Shown: positions 1 to 11,894 of the stretch, one piece after another
How positions within the stretch are numbered: position 1 is the stretch's first letter
How the letters are laid out: every line of letters begins with the position of its first letter
Origin: Protoeuglena noctilucae
Taxonomy: Eukaryota
Length of the DNA: 64,000 nt
Direction of reading: 5' to 3'
Assembly (NCBI GenBank): GCA_958009085.1
Contig: OY253682.1
Location: 1-64,000, forward strand
Notes under the pieces: generated by a model
The model's input: only the letters and a program-made list of their open reading frames with translations
Told to the model about the DNA's origin: nothing
Databases searched by the model: none
Made by a program: the position numbers and the translations under genes

Positions 1-250
1 CCCTAACCCTAACCCTAACCCTAACCCTAACCCTAACCCTAACCCTAACCCTAACCCTAACCCTAACCCTAACCCTAACCCTAACCCTAACCCTAACCCT
101 AACCCTAACCCTAACCCTAACCCTAACCCTAACCCTAACCCTACCCTAACCCTAACCCTAACCCTACCCTAACCTAACCCTACCTAACCTAACCCTACCT
201 AACCTAACCTAACCTAACCTAGCCTAACCTAACCTAACTAACCCTAACTT
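1..250 (+). repeat. Telomeric repeat array (CCCTAA)n = TTAGGG, degenerating inward to CCTAA/CCCTA variants
   Basis: Perfect CCCTAA hexamers from base 1 to about 140, then CCCTA, CCTAA and CCTAG variants to about 248. The array sits at the sequence end with the C-rich strand 5'. Confidence 0.98.
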
Positions 251-764
251 CCCAAGGGACCCCTCCCTTGACCGGCTCGCCGGGTCCAGGGCCTCGCCCT
301 GTTTTTGGCTAGGCGGTGGTGATGTATGCTACACCGTTGATGCGACCTTCCCTGGTGTTGGTAGCTGCTGGCCCTGGCGCTGCCAAAGCAGCTGAAGCCA
401 CTGCTCGAGGGCCCCGGGCAAGAGTGGCAAGAGATAGGTCAGCGACCTTAGCTGTGAGCCTTGTTGAAGGAAAGTCAGTCAAAGTCAGTCAGTCAGCGCA
501 GCACGGGATTGGGAGAAAATGGCCAACCCTTGCCTGATAAATGCATCTTACTCCCCGCAGCCGCAAAGCTGGTCCGGACGCTGCAGCAGCATCTTTAAAG
601 GATAAAAATTGGTTCTAGCCTGCCAGCGCGGTCAAAGCTTGAGAATCCCGGGACCGACCCTACTCACATGAGGGGAGGCTTACTATGGGGAGGGTACATC
701 AACATACATTCAACATTCAAAGGCACGAGACACACACAAAGCTAGGGTTAGACTACACAGCAAG

Positions 765-3700
765 CTACATTGACGGCGCCGCGCAGGGCCCGCGCCCCCC
801 GGCTGCCGAGAGGAGGGGCCGGGACAGGCGTGCGGCCACGGCGGCAGCGACGTAGGGCCCGATGAGGTCCTCGGCGGGGACCCCGAACGGCGTCTCCCAC
901 GCGAGCAGCTCCCTCGCCGCCGTGGGAGAGGGGCAGGCGGCGTGGCCCATCTGCACGGCGCGCACGGCCATGGCCAGGGCCTCGGCGGGCGGCATGGATT
1001 GGTCGCGGGCGTAGCGGCGGGCGGCGTCGCGGACGAGCTCGCAGGCGGCGCTGGCCGTCAGGCCCATGCCCAGCGCGTGGGCGTCGGCGATGGCGGCCGT
1101 CAGCTCAGCAGAGGACATCTCGCGCCTCCGCGCCACGATGCCCACGTCCAGGACGGCAGAGGTGCTGCCGGCGCCCGACTGCGGGGGTAAGGGGAGGGAT
1201 CCGTGCGCGTGTGTGCATGCAGGGCTCGGATGGCAAGGCGCGCCCGCTTCTACATCCCGCCATGCCTCACTTCCGGCTCGTGCCCCGCCTCGACCCACGC
1301 CCGCAGCAGCGCCGCGAAGGCCTGGGGGCACTCGCGGCCCCACACCGCCCTGACCCGGGCCTCGCGCTCCACGGCAGCCCACGCGCCCGTCGGGGCCGGG
1401 AGTCCCGCACGCGCCATGGCGGCGGGGAGAGCGACTAGGACGGCCATGTCCAGGTGGGGCGCGGCGTCGGCGAGCAAGGTCTCCAAGAGGGAGCAGGTCG
1501 CGGCAGCAGCCGGGGCGCGCTGGAGAGCGCGGGCCAGGCCATGGGCTGCAAGGGAGCCGGGGGGGAGCGACACAGTTACAGCACGGCGGTGCGCGTGGGT
1601 GCGTCGGGCAGCGCCACCGCGCCATCTCCTCGCCTGCCCCCTCTGCTGCAGCCCAGGCGCGTGGCCGCGCGCGCATGTCCGAGATGGCCAGGGCCAGGGC
1701 CGCATGCGTCGCCCCAACGTGCAGCAGCGTCTCGCAGAGGGCCACGACGGCAGCAGCGCTGGGTGCCGCGCCGGATCCGGTGAGCAGCGCGGTGCGGGCG
1801 GGATCGCCCAGCACCGCCGACGCGGCCGCAGACAGCGACGCAGCTGTGGCCAGGCCGGCCAAGGCAAGGCGGCCGGCGGCGTCCACGACCGCACCGACGG
1901 CTGCGGTTCCAGGGCCCTGGGGGAAGTGGGGAGGTAAAGCACATCACAACATCTTCCTTGCAGACGCAGACACATGCTACCTGCCCTTCAGATCCGGTCA
2001 TGACCACCACTCGCCCCGCTCGCGTCGCTCACCACTGCCTCGAAGCAACCAACAGCGGCAGCGACCAGCGCGAGGGACGCCACGGCCGGGGCTTCGACCG
2101 GCGCCCCCCCCCGCTCGCCCATCGCTGCCGCCACGTCCTGGGACTCCCTGCCCAGCATCCGCATGCCCTTCCTCTCCCGGTCGCCGCCCTCCCCGATGAC
2201 CTTCTGCGCCCTCCTCACCGCCTTGAACCACGCGTCCACCGCCTCCAGGCTCGCGCGGGGCAGCCCCTCCGCCAGCGATACCAGGGACGCACGCAGGGAC
2301 GCCTCCTCGCCCGTACCGGAAGCCTGGAGCTCCCCGAGCGACCGCGCATCCAGCATGGGCGCGGGCTCTGCAGGCAAATGGTCAGCGCAGGCGATGGAAA
2401 TGCGAGGGGGACACCGTGTAGGCTGCAGTGCCTGTGCTCCCCGCAGCGCCGCGGCCCTCGCCTTCCGCACTGCCCCTTGACGCACGGCCTGCCGCGGCCA
2501 ACGCGCGCCTCTGCTCCCCATGCAGAACTGGGCCCCTCCCCAAAGCGCACCCGAAGCGCGATAGGATCTTCTTGACTCGCCGGGGCGACAGGGCCATGCC
2601 CAGGTCAAAACCTGCGGGGGAGATGCGCACGGCTTAGCTCGTACCGCTCAGCATGCCGTGCAGGCGCATTAACAGCAAGGCTTGGCCGGCACTGTTCGGT
2701 CTCACCGAGGAGGGCGGCGATGAGGAGGTGGGTCTGGCGCGTGGCGTCGGCGGCTGCGAGGGGACCCGCAGCGTCGGCGACCAGGAGGGCGCCGTCCGGG
2801 GTGAGGCCCAGCCAGCCGGGGGCGGCGTGGGGGGCGTGGTCGCGGGGCGCGAGGGAGGTGACGAGGTGGGGGGCCAGGGGCAAGGCGGAGGACGCGGCCA
2901 GGTGCGCGGCGAGGGCCTCAGCAGCGAGGGGCGCGAGGGGCGTGCGCGCGGAGGGGAGGGGGAGGGGTTGCCGCACCAGCGCCCGCTCCATGCCGTCCAA
3001 ACAGCGGTCGAGAGCCCACCCGAGCGCCCGGGGTCCTGCCGCGAAAGGGGCGAGGAGGACCGCCTCCAGGGGCGACTCGGGGGTCCGGCCCCGCGCTGCG
3101 ACGCCCGTCCCCGCCAGCGTGGGCCGCACGACCAGCATGGCGCCGGGGACGTCGGCCAGGCGCGCCATGAGGCCCTCGGCGAGGGAGGCGAGCTGGGACG
3201 CCGCGGGCGATGCCCCGCACTCGAGGGCCAGCTGGGCTGCCCAGGCATCGGGGTCGGCATCGGGGGCGGCGCCCCTGGCACGCGCGGCCATGGCCAGGCG
3301 CAGGGCAGCAGCCACGACGGGGTGCACGGGGCGAGGGTCGGCGAAGAAGGTGGCGGACTGGAGGGCGGATGCCGCCTCGAGGAGCAGCGCTGTGGCCTCG
3401 TGCCCCGTCACTGCGGGTGGCCTGGGGTCGTGGCCCCTGTCGTCTGCCGGGACCAGTGCCAGTGCGTGACCCTTGGAGTCCTTGACTACAGTGAAGGTGT
3501 GTCCAGGCGGCGCCATTTCCTGCAGCGCCGTGGTGGCACGCTGGGCCTTGGCGGCCGTGGCCAGCGCGGAGTCCTGCGACGAGACGGGCACGGCGGTGGT
3601 GTCATGGGGGAGGGGCAGAGGGCAGAGTGGCTGGGGGAGGTGGAAGCGCAAGGGACCACTCGCCAGAGGGACGGAGGGCATTTGGTGGACTGCGTGGTCG

Positions 3701-6700
3701 TCCGCAACGTCCTGGTCGGGGAGCGGCGCCTGGCACCAGATGCCCAGGGCGCGCATGGCAGCAAGGGCGGTGGCGGTGGCGCGGTGGATGCGATCGGAGG
3801 GCGCCCAGAGGACCAGAGATGCACTGCGAGGAGGGGGAGTTGATGTGATGGGGTGCTGTCGCATGCCTTGTGGCTGAGTGTGTGACGCCCACTGTCGCGG
3901 CTGCCTCACCCATCGCGCACGGCCAGCAGCGACCCTGGGGGCAGGGCGCTCTGCAGGGCGGGGAGGTCGAGTCCCCCGGGTGCCTGCGCCGCCCGCACCG
4001 TCTGTGGCACCACGCTGACGACCATGCGCGCCCAGCCTTGGGCCACGCGGGAACGCACCGCCTCTGCAAGGAAGGACATCGCAGCACTCAGGGGTCGCAT
4101 GATGTAAGGCAAGAATTTATGCAATCGGACATTTGAACATGATCCGTCACTCATCTCTTCCCTGTCCGCATCGCCACTCACCTTCGACGCCGGGCATGGT
4201 GGGGGCGGGCCCCCACAGCAGCAGGCACCGGTTGGCGTCCCCCTCGCCGACCACGGCGTCCACGGTCGCCCCGGTCCCCTCCACCGCCCGCCCCGCCTCC
4301 TCCATCGCAGCGGCTGCGTCCACGTGGGGCGGCAGGGGAACGGCCATGCAGCACCGGCGCCCCTCCTCGCGCCCAGACGCCACCCGCGACGAGGCCACCT
4401 CCCCCTCCACGCCAGGCACTGCGGGGGGGAAGGGGAGCGGGTGATCGCAAGTCAGCAGCAAGCCTGGGCGATGCTGCAGTGGGTGCCAAAGCAGCGCGGC
4501 ATCTCACGGGTGTCGAAGCCTGCCACCTCCCGTGAGGCAGCGAGGGTCCCCGCGCCTTCCGCATCCTGCAGCGAGAATGCGAGTCGTCCATTTTCAACAG
4601 AGATCGCATTCACCCCGCTGTCGCTTTAAGCAGCAACCTGGATGCCCTGCCGCACTCCCGCCCCCTTGCCTGGCCGGGCAGCTCCGCCCCCACGGTCGCT
4701 GGGAGCCGCGAGAGCCCCCCCACCACCGCCGCCACCACCGTCGCTGCCTCCTGGCAGGCGTCGGGGTCTCCCCTCAGCTCCCACACCGCAAGCCTCCGTG
4801 CGTGGTCCGACTGCCCCTCCAGGTCCACGGGCAGCCCCCGCTCCCTCAGGGCCGCCAGCACCGCCAGCGTCACCGCCCCCACCTGGCCGGCGCCGCCCCG
4901 GACGGCGTCCACCGGGACCCACACCCGCAGTGGGTGCCTAACCGCGGCCAGGCGCCTCCGCACCTCCGTCACCGCGACCCGGACCTTTCTCGAGGCGGCC
5001 GTGACGCGCACTTCGAGGGAGACCATGTCCACGTCCACGCGCACGCGCCAGTCGGGGGGGAAGGACGCCTCGAGGGCGCGGCAGAGGGAGCCGTCCTTGC
5101 CGGCCAGCGCGCGCAGGGCCAGGGGGTCGAGGGGCGCGCCCGGCACCGATACGGTCAGCTCCTCGGCCACACCCATGCCCGCGCTGCCACCCCGCACTGC
5201 CAGCACCCGGCGGACGGGCGCCGACGGGGCAGCGACCTGCTCCTCCGCCCCCTGTGCCGCTCCCTCCTCCGCCCCCTGTGCCGCTCCGGCCGTGTCGCCT
5301 CCCGTCTGCAGGGCCCGCAGCCACGCCCGCGCCTCCCCCTCGGCACGCAGCGCCGCCCGGGCCACGGCTTCCCGGTCCGACTCGGCCATGGGCACCGCCA
5401 CTGCCAGCGCGGCGCCGTAGCTATGGTGGAGCAGGGCGCGCGACACCGCCGGCCGCATCACCGCCATCGCCACCCCCTTCTCCTGCTCCAACGCCCTCCG
5501 CACGGCCCCGGCCATGGCCCGCCCGACCATCCGCCTGCCCGCCGCGCCGTCCCCGACCCCCACCGGGGTCAGCAGGAAGGCCATGGGCCGCGCGAACCCC
5601 CCCGCCAGGCTCTCTAAGGCAGCGATGCGACCGGGGAGATCCACGGGGGGGCCCAGGACGCGCAGGCAGCCGGGGTCGAGGGGCGAGGGGGCCACGGCGA
5701 CCTCAGAGGAGGGGGGATCGCCAGCCACGGCACGGGCCACGGCAGCGGCGCAGTCGGGGTCGTGGCCGCACATGGTGGGGGGCACGCGGGGCGTGTCGAC
5801 GTGAGCAACGGGGCGGTGTGGCAGGAACAGGACGCCGTCCAGGGCGCGGAGGGCGCGGGCGACTGCCACAGCCGCCTGCGGGGGCGCGGGAGGTGCGGTG
5901 GGACGTAAGATGCGATGCGAGGGCAAGTGTGGCTATGTGGAGCCTCGGGTGCAGTGCAAGAGCGTCCTGCACCCTTCCTTACGCAATCATCTCCTCACCT
6001 CGTCCCTTCTCTCGCCGGTGGGCCCCTCCACAACGACCATCCCCGGCATGTCATCCCTCAGCCGCATGGCGTGGGCGCGGCAGCCGGGGGGCAGAGGCAC
6101 CTCCGGGAGGGAAGCGCCCCCTGGCAACTGCGCCACCACCACCGGCAGCGATGCCGCCCCCGCCGACCCTGCCTGCGTTGCCGCCTGCCGCACCGCCGCC
6201 CACTCTTCTGTGCTCCCCATGTCCCACCCCTGCATGGCGTCCGCATCCCGGCCAAGCAGCAGCCGCGCAGCCACCGTTGCCGCAGCCTGAGGGGGCAGTG
6301 AGGGGTGGCAGTGGCAAAAGACTGCCACAAGGCACGCTGCGGGAGATGGGCCCAGTCGCTCATGCCAAGCACGCGCACCCACGGTCCCCTCACGCACCTG
6401 CCGGCGTTCCGAGACTCTGGCGCTCCCCACCGTTACCAGGTGGCGCGTCATGCCACCTCCACCCACCCCCGCTGCCCCACTCTCTGGCGTGACCGCCACC
6501 TTGACGCGTCCCAGCACATGCAGGCCCAGGAACCTGGGAGCCATGGCCACGTCCTCCATCCCGGCGGAGGGGCCAGCCGCGGCCCACAGCTCCCCCACCA
6601 CGTCCACCCCCTCGCGTGACGCGGCCCTCTCTGCGCCACGCACGGCCGCATCGCCCGCGGCAGGCGCCCTCGCAGGCAGCGCGCCGGGGGTCGTGGGGTC

Positions 6701-8300
6701 AGGGGCCGAGGCTGCAGCACCCGCAGCATGCGCGGTGGGTGGGGCCACATCCATAGCTTCTGCAGCAGGCTTGGCCTCCGCCCCAGTCAGAGCGGCCCCC
6801 TGCACCTCGCCCGCCTCTGCACAAACCTCCAGTGGGGCAGCCTTGATAGGGGCCTTGATGGCAGCTTCGGTGGAAGCCTCCGCCCTGACATTGTGCCTCG
6901 CTGGGCGCGGCTCGAGCAGCCCCTCATGGAGCGCCATCCCGATGGCCTCGGCAGCCTGCGGAGGCAAGGACCCACGCACCTCACTCCCGCATCCCTGCAC
7001 CGTGCATTCCAGCACCACCCCGCCGCTCCCCCTCGCCTGCCGCCGGATGGAAGAGGTCGGGGCCCTCACGCCAACCTCCCAGCCGCCCCCTCCCGCGTCC
7101 CGCGTCTCCACCAGGCATGCGTGACCCGCTTGCGCCTGCAGCGCCTCCGCCAGCGCCCGGGCCTCAGCAGCGGTCCCTTGCAAGAACCCCGCCGGGGCCA
7201 CATGCCGCAGATTATGCGCGTGTTCCAGGAATCTGCGCGCGATGGCGAGGGTGTCGCCGGGCAGCAACCCCGCCACCAGCTGGTGCGTGACGGGGGGTCG
7301 CCCCGGCAGCTGCCGCAGCTCCATCCACAGCAGGGCGGCTGGGGCGGCGCGGGGGACGCGGAGGGCGTCGACGATGGGCGCGAGGGACAGGCGCGGCGTC
7401 GACATGGCCTCTGCCAGCCCCGCGTCCATCGGAGCCGCCACCTCCAGCACCTCGGGCGGTGGGTCCAGGGCGAGGTGGGGAGGGAGGCCCGCGAGGGACA
7501 CGGCGCGGCGGGCCGCCTGCGGGATTGAGAAGTCGGGTGCTCCACAGGTCCCCAATGCATGGCCGGGCTGCAGGCGGATGGGATGCACATGCACGTGTGT
7601 AACAGCTGCCCACTCACCTCGGGCAGGGCGTCCGGGCACGGCACCCGCAGGAGCAAGTGTCCCCCCTGGCCGAGCGACGCAAGCCACCGCACGCGGCACA
7701 GCGGGGGCAGGGGCGGGGCTGCGTCTGCGGCAACCATAGTCGGCTCCTCCCCCGGCCAGCACGCCACCAGCCAGCGCCGCGCCAGGTGCGACCAGCACTC
7801 CTCCCATGCCTCCCTCGCCGCATCGATGTCATCGGAGGAGCGCCCCGACGCCCACAGCGACCCCCGGTCCCACCACAGGTGCGAAAGGCGCCCCGCCCGC
7901 CCCAGATGGCACTTGAGCCACGACATCTCCCCCGGGGCCCATGGGAGACGCGGCAAACCCTTGGCGCAGTTGGGTGCAAGCTCATCGAAGACGTCGCCCG
8001 CCGGAACCATCGAGCGGCGCGCGGCGGATGCTCGCTGCCGTCCCCACCCGTGCAGGAGCGGCTTCTTCCCGGCTCTGCTCCTGTAAGCTCGCGCGCCGGA
8101 CGAGCAGCAAGCCGAATTCGCTCCATAGGCTGCGCAGGAAGAGATATGTCGGGCGCGGAACGCATCCCGCCACCTGAAATCCCCATTGCAGTCCACGCCC
8201 CTTGGCCTGGCCCCGGATGTCGCGACGGGCGGGCTCCAGGGCGAATCGGCAGCCCAAATCTGATGTCCTCGACTCAAACATCCTTCCGAGGATGCCCGGC
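765..8300 (-). CDS. Very large multi-exon Ala-rich hypothetical protein with KH-like segments (start not resolved)
   Basis: Successive minus-strand frames (7066-8472, 5987-7807, 4610-5926, 4147-4461, 3906-4181, 2605-3909, 1988-2608, 765-1886) join through GT/GC-AG introns such as 7568-7617. Contains the KH-like string LAGKDGSLCRALEASF...VRVD...LEVRVTAASRKVRVAVTEV. Stop at 765. Confidence 0.6.
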
Positions 8301-9098
8301 CTCCCCATCCGGCGAGAGATGCGAGCCGCGCGCCCACGAGTGCCGTATGGGTGGGGCAGAGGGAGGGGGGCTTGCTCAACCGCGCCTGAAAGCAGCAGAG
8401 AGTAATGTTTTTCGCATCGGAAGCAGTGCAGTCGAGACGGGGCGCCAGGGATCGCGGCAAGCTCGCACGCAAAATCGTCTATTTTTTAGGACACAATTCA
8501 GCAGCTGAAAGGACTGGGAAAAGCGGCGCGCGGCGCGCAGTACGGCATTCAATGCTCGTCATCACCAGCTCGACATCGGCCTTGGCTGTTGAGAGTCCGC
8601 CCGTTACGCTCCTCCCCAAGGGCGGATGGTGGGCGGCATCAGACAACCGCCGCCACAAACCCCCTCCCGCCATTCGATAGACCCGTCATGGAGCGCCGCG
8701 ATGCAATTTGCGCCCCACGCTCTCGAGCCGCCCGAGGATGGGAGCAACAGCTGTCTTTGGCAGCGCAGCTGAGTTAAGACAGTCCAAAAGAAGCTTGACG
8801 CGCTCTAGCCAATGTCTATTGGCCGCTATAAGCGCCTTTCTGCACCCCGATGCCCAGGGTCCTCGTTCATCAGGCGCGCGTGCTGACATGCTGGGCTTCT
8901 GACGTTGGCATCGGCTTTCAGACTTGGGCCCAACTAGGAAAGGCGGTGGGCTCCCCCACGTCCCTTTCCAGAGCCCTCGTTGGCAGAAAGCTACCCGCCA
9001 TGTGGACATGATGGATCGCCAGGGCAGCGCTGCTGAGCCCAGTGTGCCCGGCATGCTTCGCATCACGATCCCAACAGCGTGGGGGCCAGGTCGCGGCC

Positions 9099-11164
9099 CT
9101 AGGTGCGGACGGCCTCGAGCAGCCTCGAGAAGTAGAAGGACGTGGCTGTCATCTCGCGCTTGGTCACACGGAAGCCCGCCTTGGCCAGGGCGCGCTCCAC
9201 GTCCTCCTCGGCGTGCAGGTACGCGCGGGTGGCCTTGGAGGGGCCGGGGAAGAGCTCGCCGACGCGCTTGAGGAACGAGTAGTAGGGCGTCTGGGAGCGG
9301 GGAGGGGATGGCCGGGCTGGGCAGGGGTAGCAAGGGATGGGAGGGGCCCGGGGGGCTGACAAGGCAGCAGCTGCATTTGCCGCATCCCACTGTCCCACCT
9401 TGGGCGCGAAGGAGATGACGAGGCGCTTGTCGGCCAGCGACGCCAGGTGCGAGATCATCGCGTCCGCCTTGTCCTGGGGGTAGTGGATCATCACGTCCAG
9501 GCACGCCACCGTGTGGTACTTGCCTGCGGGGACAGCGGGGGAGGGGCGCGTCGTAGAGCCGCGCACCGATCTCGCCTCTGCCCCAGCAGCCAGCAGCCTC
9601 CCCAGTCACGCACCGGTGACCGACTCGAGGTCCTTGGCCTCAAAAACCGGCTCCTGCTCCGGCTTGGAGCCCCCCTCGGAGACCGCCACCTGGTACCGGC
9701 GCCGCGCCTCGTCCGCCATCTTCTGCGAGATGTCCGACGCCGACACGGCCGCGCCGCGCAGGGCCAGGGGCACCGTCAGCGACCCGGTCCCGCATCCGCA
9801 GTCGGCCACGGACAGCCCCTTGACGCCGCCCTCCTCGTCCAGCCACCGCAGGACCTTGTCCACCGTCTGCGGGGGTGGGGCCGGCCGCGCACGGGTGAGG
9901 GCCCGCCCAGGCGATGCACGCAGACCTGGGGCGATCCACCACGCTCGTCAGCGTCACCTGTGCATGGCCCTGGCGGATGTCCAGCTGCACTTTGTTGACC
10001 TCGTCCGTCTCCCCGTAGATCTTGTCCCAGCGCTTGAACCCCTCGTCCTCGAAGTAGCTCTTCACAGCCTTGAGCTCATCACCGCCCACCTGCTGCATCT
10101 GCGCCTCCCGCCTGCGAGGGGTGCACACGGGCATGCAGAGGATGAGGCCAGAAAACGACACGATACCCCATTTTTGCTGCACTCGGTGCCCGGATGCCAC
10201 GCATCGGCCCATCGCAGGCCTCCCCTCCTGCCCACCTCTTCTGCGGGTCGGTTGCCACCAGGAGCCCACCCACCCCCGCAGCCCCGAGAAGCGTCACGAG
10301 GGCGAAGGCCTTGTTGCCGCCGTCGGAGGACGAGGGCTGGCTGTTGATGGGCACCCGCGCAGGCCGCGAGTAGGAGACGTCAGCGGCCGGCGACGCGGGC
10401 TCCTCCAGCCGCAGCGTGGGGGCAGCGGGGACGGCCCTGGAGGGCGCGGGGGGCGCGGGGGCCACGACGGGCGCGCTGCGGGTGCGGATGGGCGGAGCGC
10501 ATGGGCGTCGCGGCGAGAGCAAGCCTCATGCAGCGGCGCGCTCGAAGCCCCTGCGCCGCACACCTCGCGCGGGTCGTGGGCTCCTCGGTCACAGGCTCCG
10601 ACAGCAGCTTCCCGTGCGGAATGTACTGCGGGCACCGACATCGCGGCGCTGGTGGAGCGGGGGACACGGGCCAATCGCGCGGGCCCCGACGGCGGACATG
10701 CCCGTGGCGCTGAGGCGCACGGGGCGCGAGCGCAATGCATGCGGCAGCCACCCCACGTTTATGTAACACATGGCCGTCGAAATCGCTTTGCGTGGGCGCT
10801 GAAAGCCCCGGTTAAGCTTGAAATCCTCGGCGAGCCAGAGGAAGCGATTGCGCGGGCCGCGCTGGCGTCTGCCGGGTGTCATGTGCGCGCTGCGCTTTAA
10901 CATTTCGCTCCGGGCCAGGCGGGCGCGGGGCCAACCTGCCCGGCGCCGCATCGGGGGTGGATATCTGAGCGACCCTCGGGCACCCACCTGCGCGTGCGCA
11001 GGCTCCGCGGAGGACAGAAGCAGCGCGATGGCTGCAGCTGAGGTCGCGATGCTGGCGGGGACGCGGTCATCGCGGGCAGCGGGGGTCGCGGCGCGGACCG
11101 CGACCGCCCGACTCGGGGGGGCGGGGCGCCCCAGGGCGAACGCAGACGAGGCGAGGGCGGGCAT
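9099..11164 (-). CDS. CHLM: Magnesium-protoporphyrin IX O-methyltransferase (7 inferred exons)
   Basis: YFEDEGFKRWDKIYGETDEVNKVQLDIRQGH, SAM motif VADCGCGTG, CLDVMIHYP, GELFPGPSKATRAYLH and FYFSRLLEA. N-terminal plastid transit peptide MPALASSAF...VAVRA. Confidence 0.95.
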
Positions 11165-11894
11165 CTTTCCGAGTGAAGCAGCCTCTCGCGCGCGGGGGAA
11201 CGCGTCGGCGCTCCATGACTTCTACCCGACCGGTTTCAAGCGCCCCTCAAAAGTGCCCCACTTCTTCCTCCCCGGCCCCCCCGGGGTCTGTTCTCTAGCT
11301 CTGCGCCAACTCTTTCGAACCTGTGCTGAGACGTGTTGCAGGTGCGACCTTCGCGCCGCCGGGATGACTTTTTCGGTGAGCTGGGCGTCCCCGGGGCTGC
11401 AGCCTCACGGGCTGGTCCCTGATGAGTGGTAAATAGCGTTTATTGTGTCGGAGGGAGCTTTACGGAGCTGTGCGTGTTACACGGACGCGAACGGGCGGCT
11501 CCACACTCACGGCGCTCGCTTATGCGACGCGGCGGGTATCTGCCCGTTACGCGGCGCGTTGCGCTTTCAATTTTGTCTCTTTTGCTCATCAGCAAGAGTA
11601 TTTCGTCCCAATTCCCCCGGCATCCGCTGCTTTGGGCATCACGTGTGGCGGAATGCGGCCTTCTGGGGCCTGCTGCGGTTGAGGGTCTCGCCCTCTGCAT
11701 TTGTGTTACCTTTGTAGTGCCAACGCGCCTGTCATCGCGGCTTGATTCGCTCCGCCTGACTTGACATTGGCTTCCGTCCGCCAATTCAGGTAGCCCCCGG
11801 AGCCCCACCTCCGGGGCATCGAAGCAGAGGCGGCGAGCCCCCCACCCCGGAGGGCACGTGGGGTCAAGCACCAGGGCGTGCCGAGGGGACGAGT

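Noticed and set aside
316..537. Subtelomeric 73-aa ORF
   Set aside because: No recognisable motif and atypical codon usage, so it is probably non-coding.
741..751. TAGGGTTAG (CTAACCCTA on the minus strand) as a possible telomerase RNA template
   Set aside because: It is only 9 nt, lies just 3' of the first gene's stop codon, and has no supporting promoter or structure.
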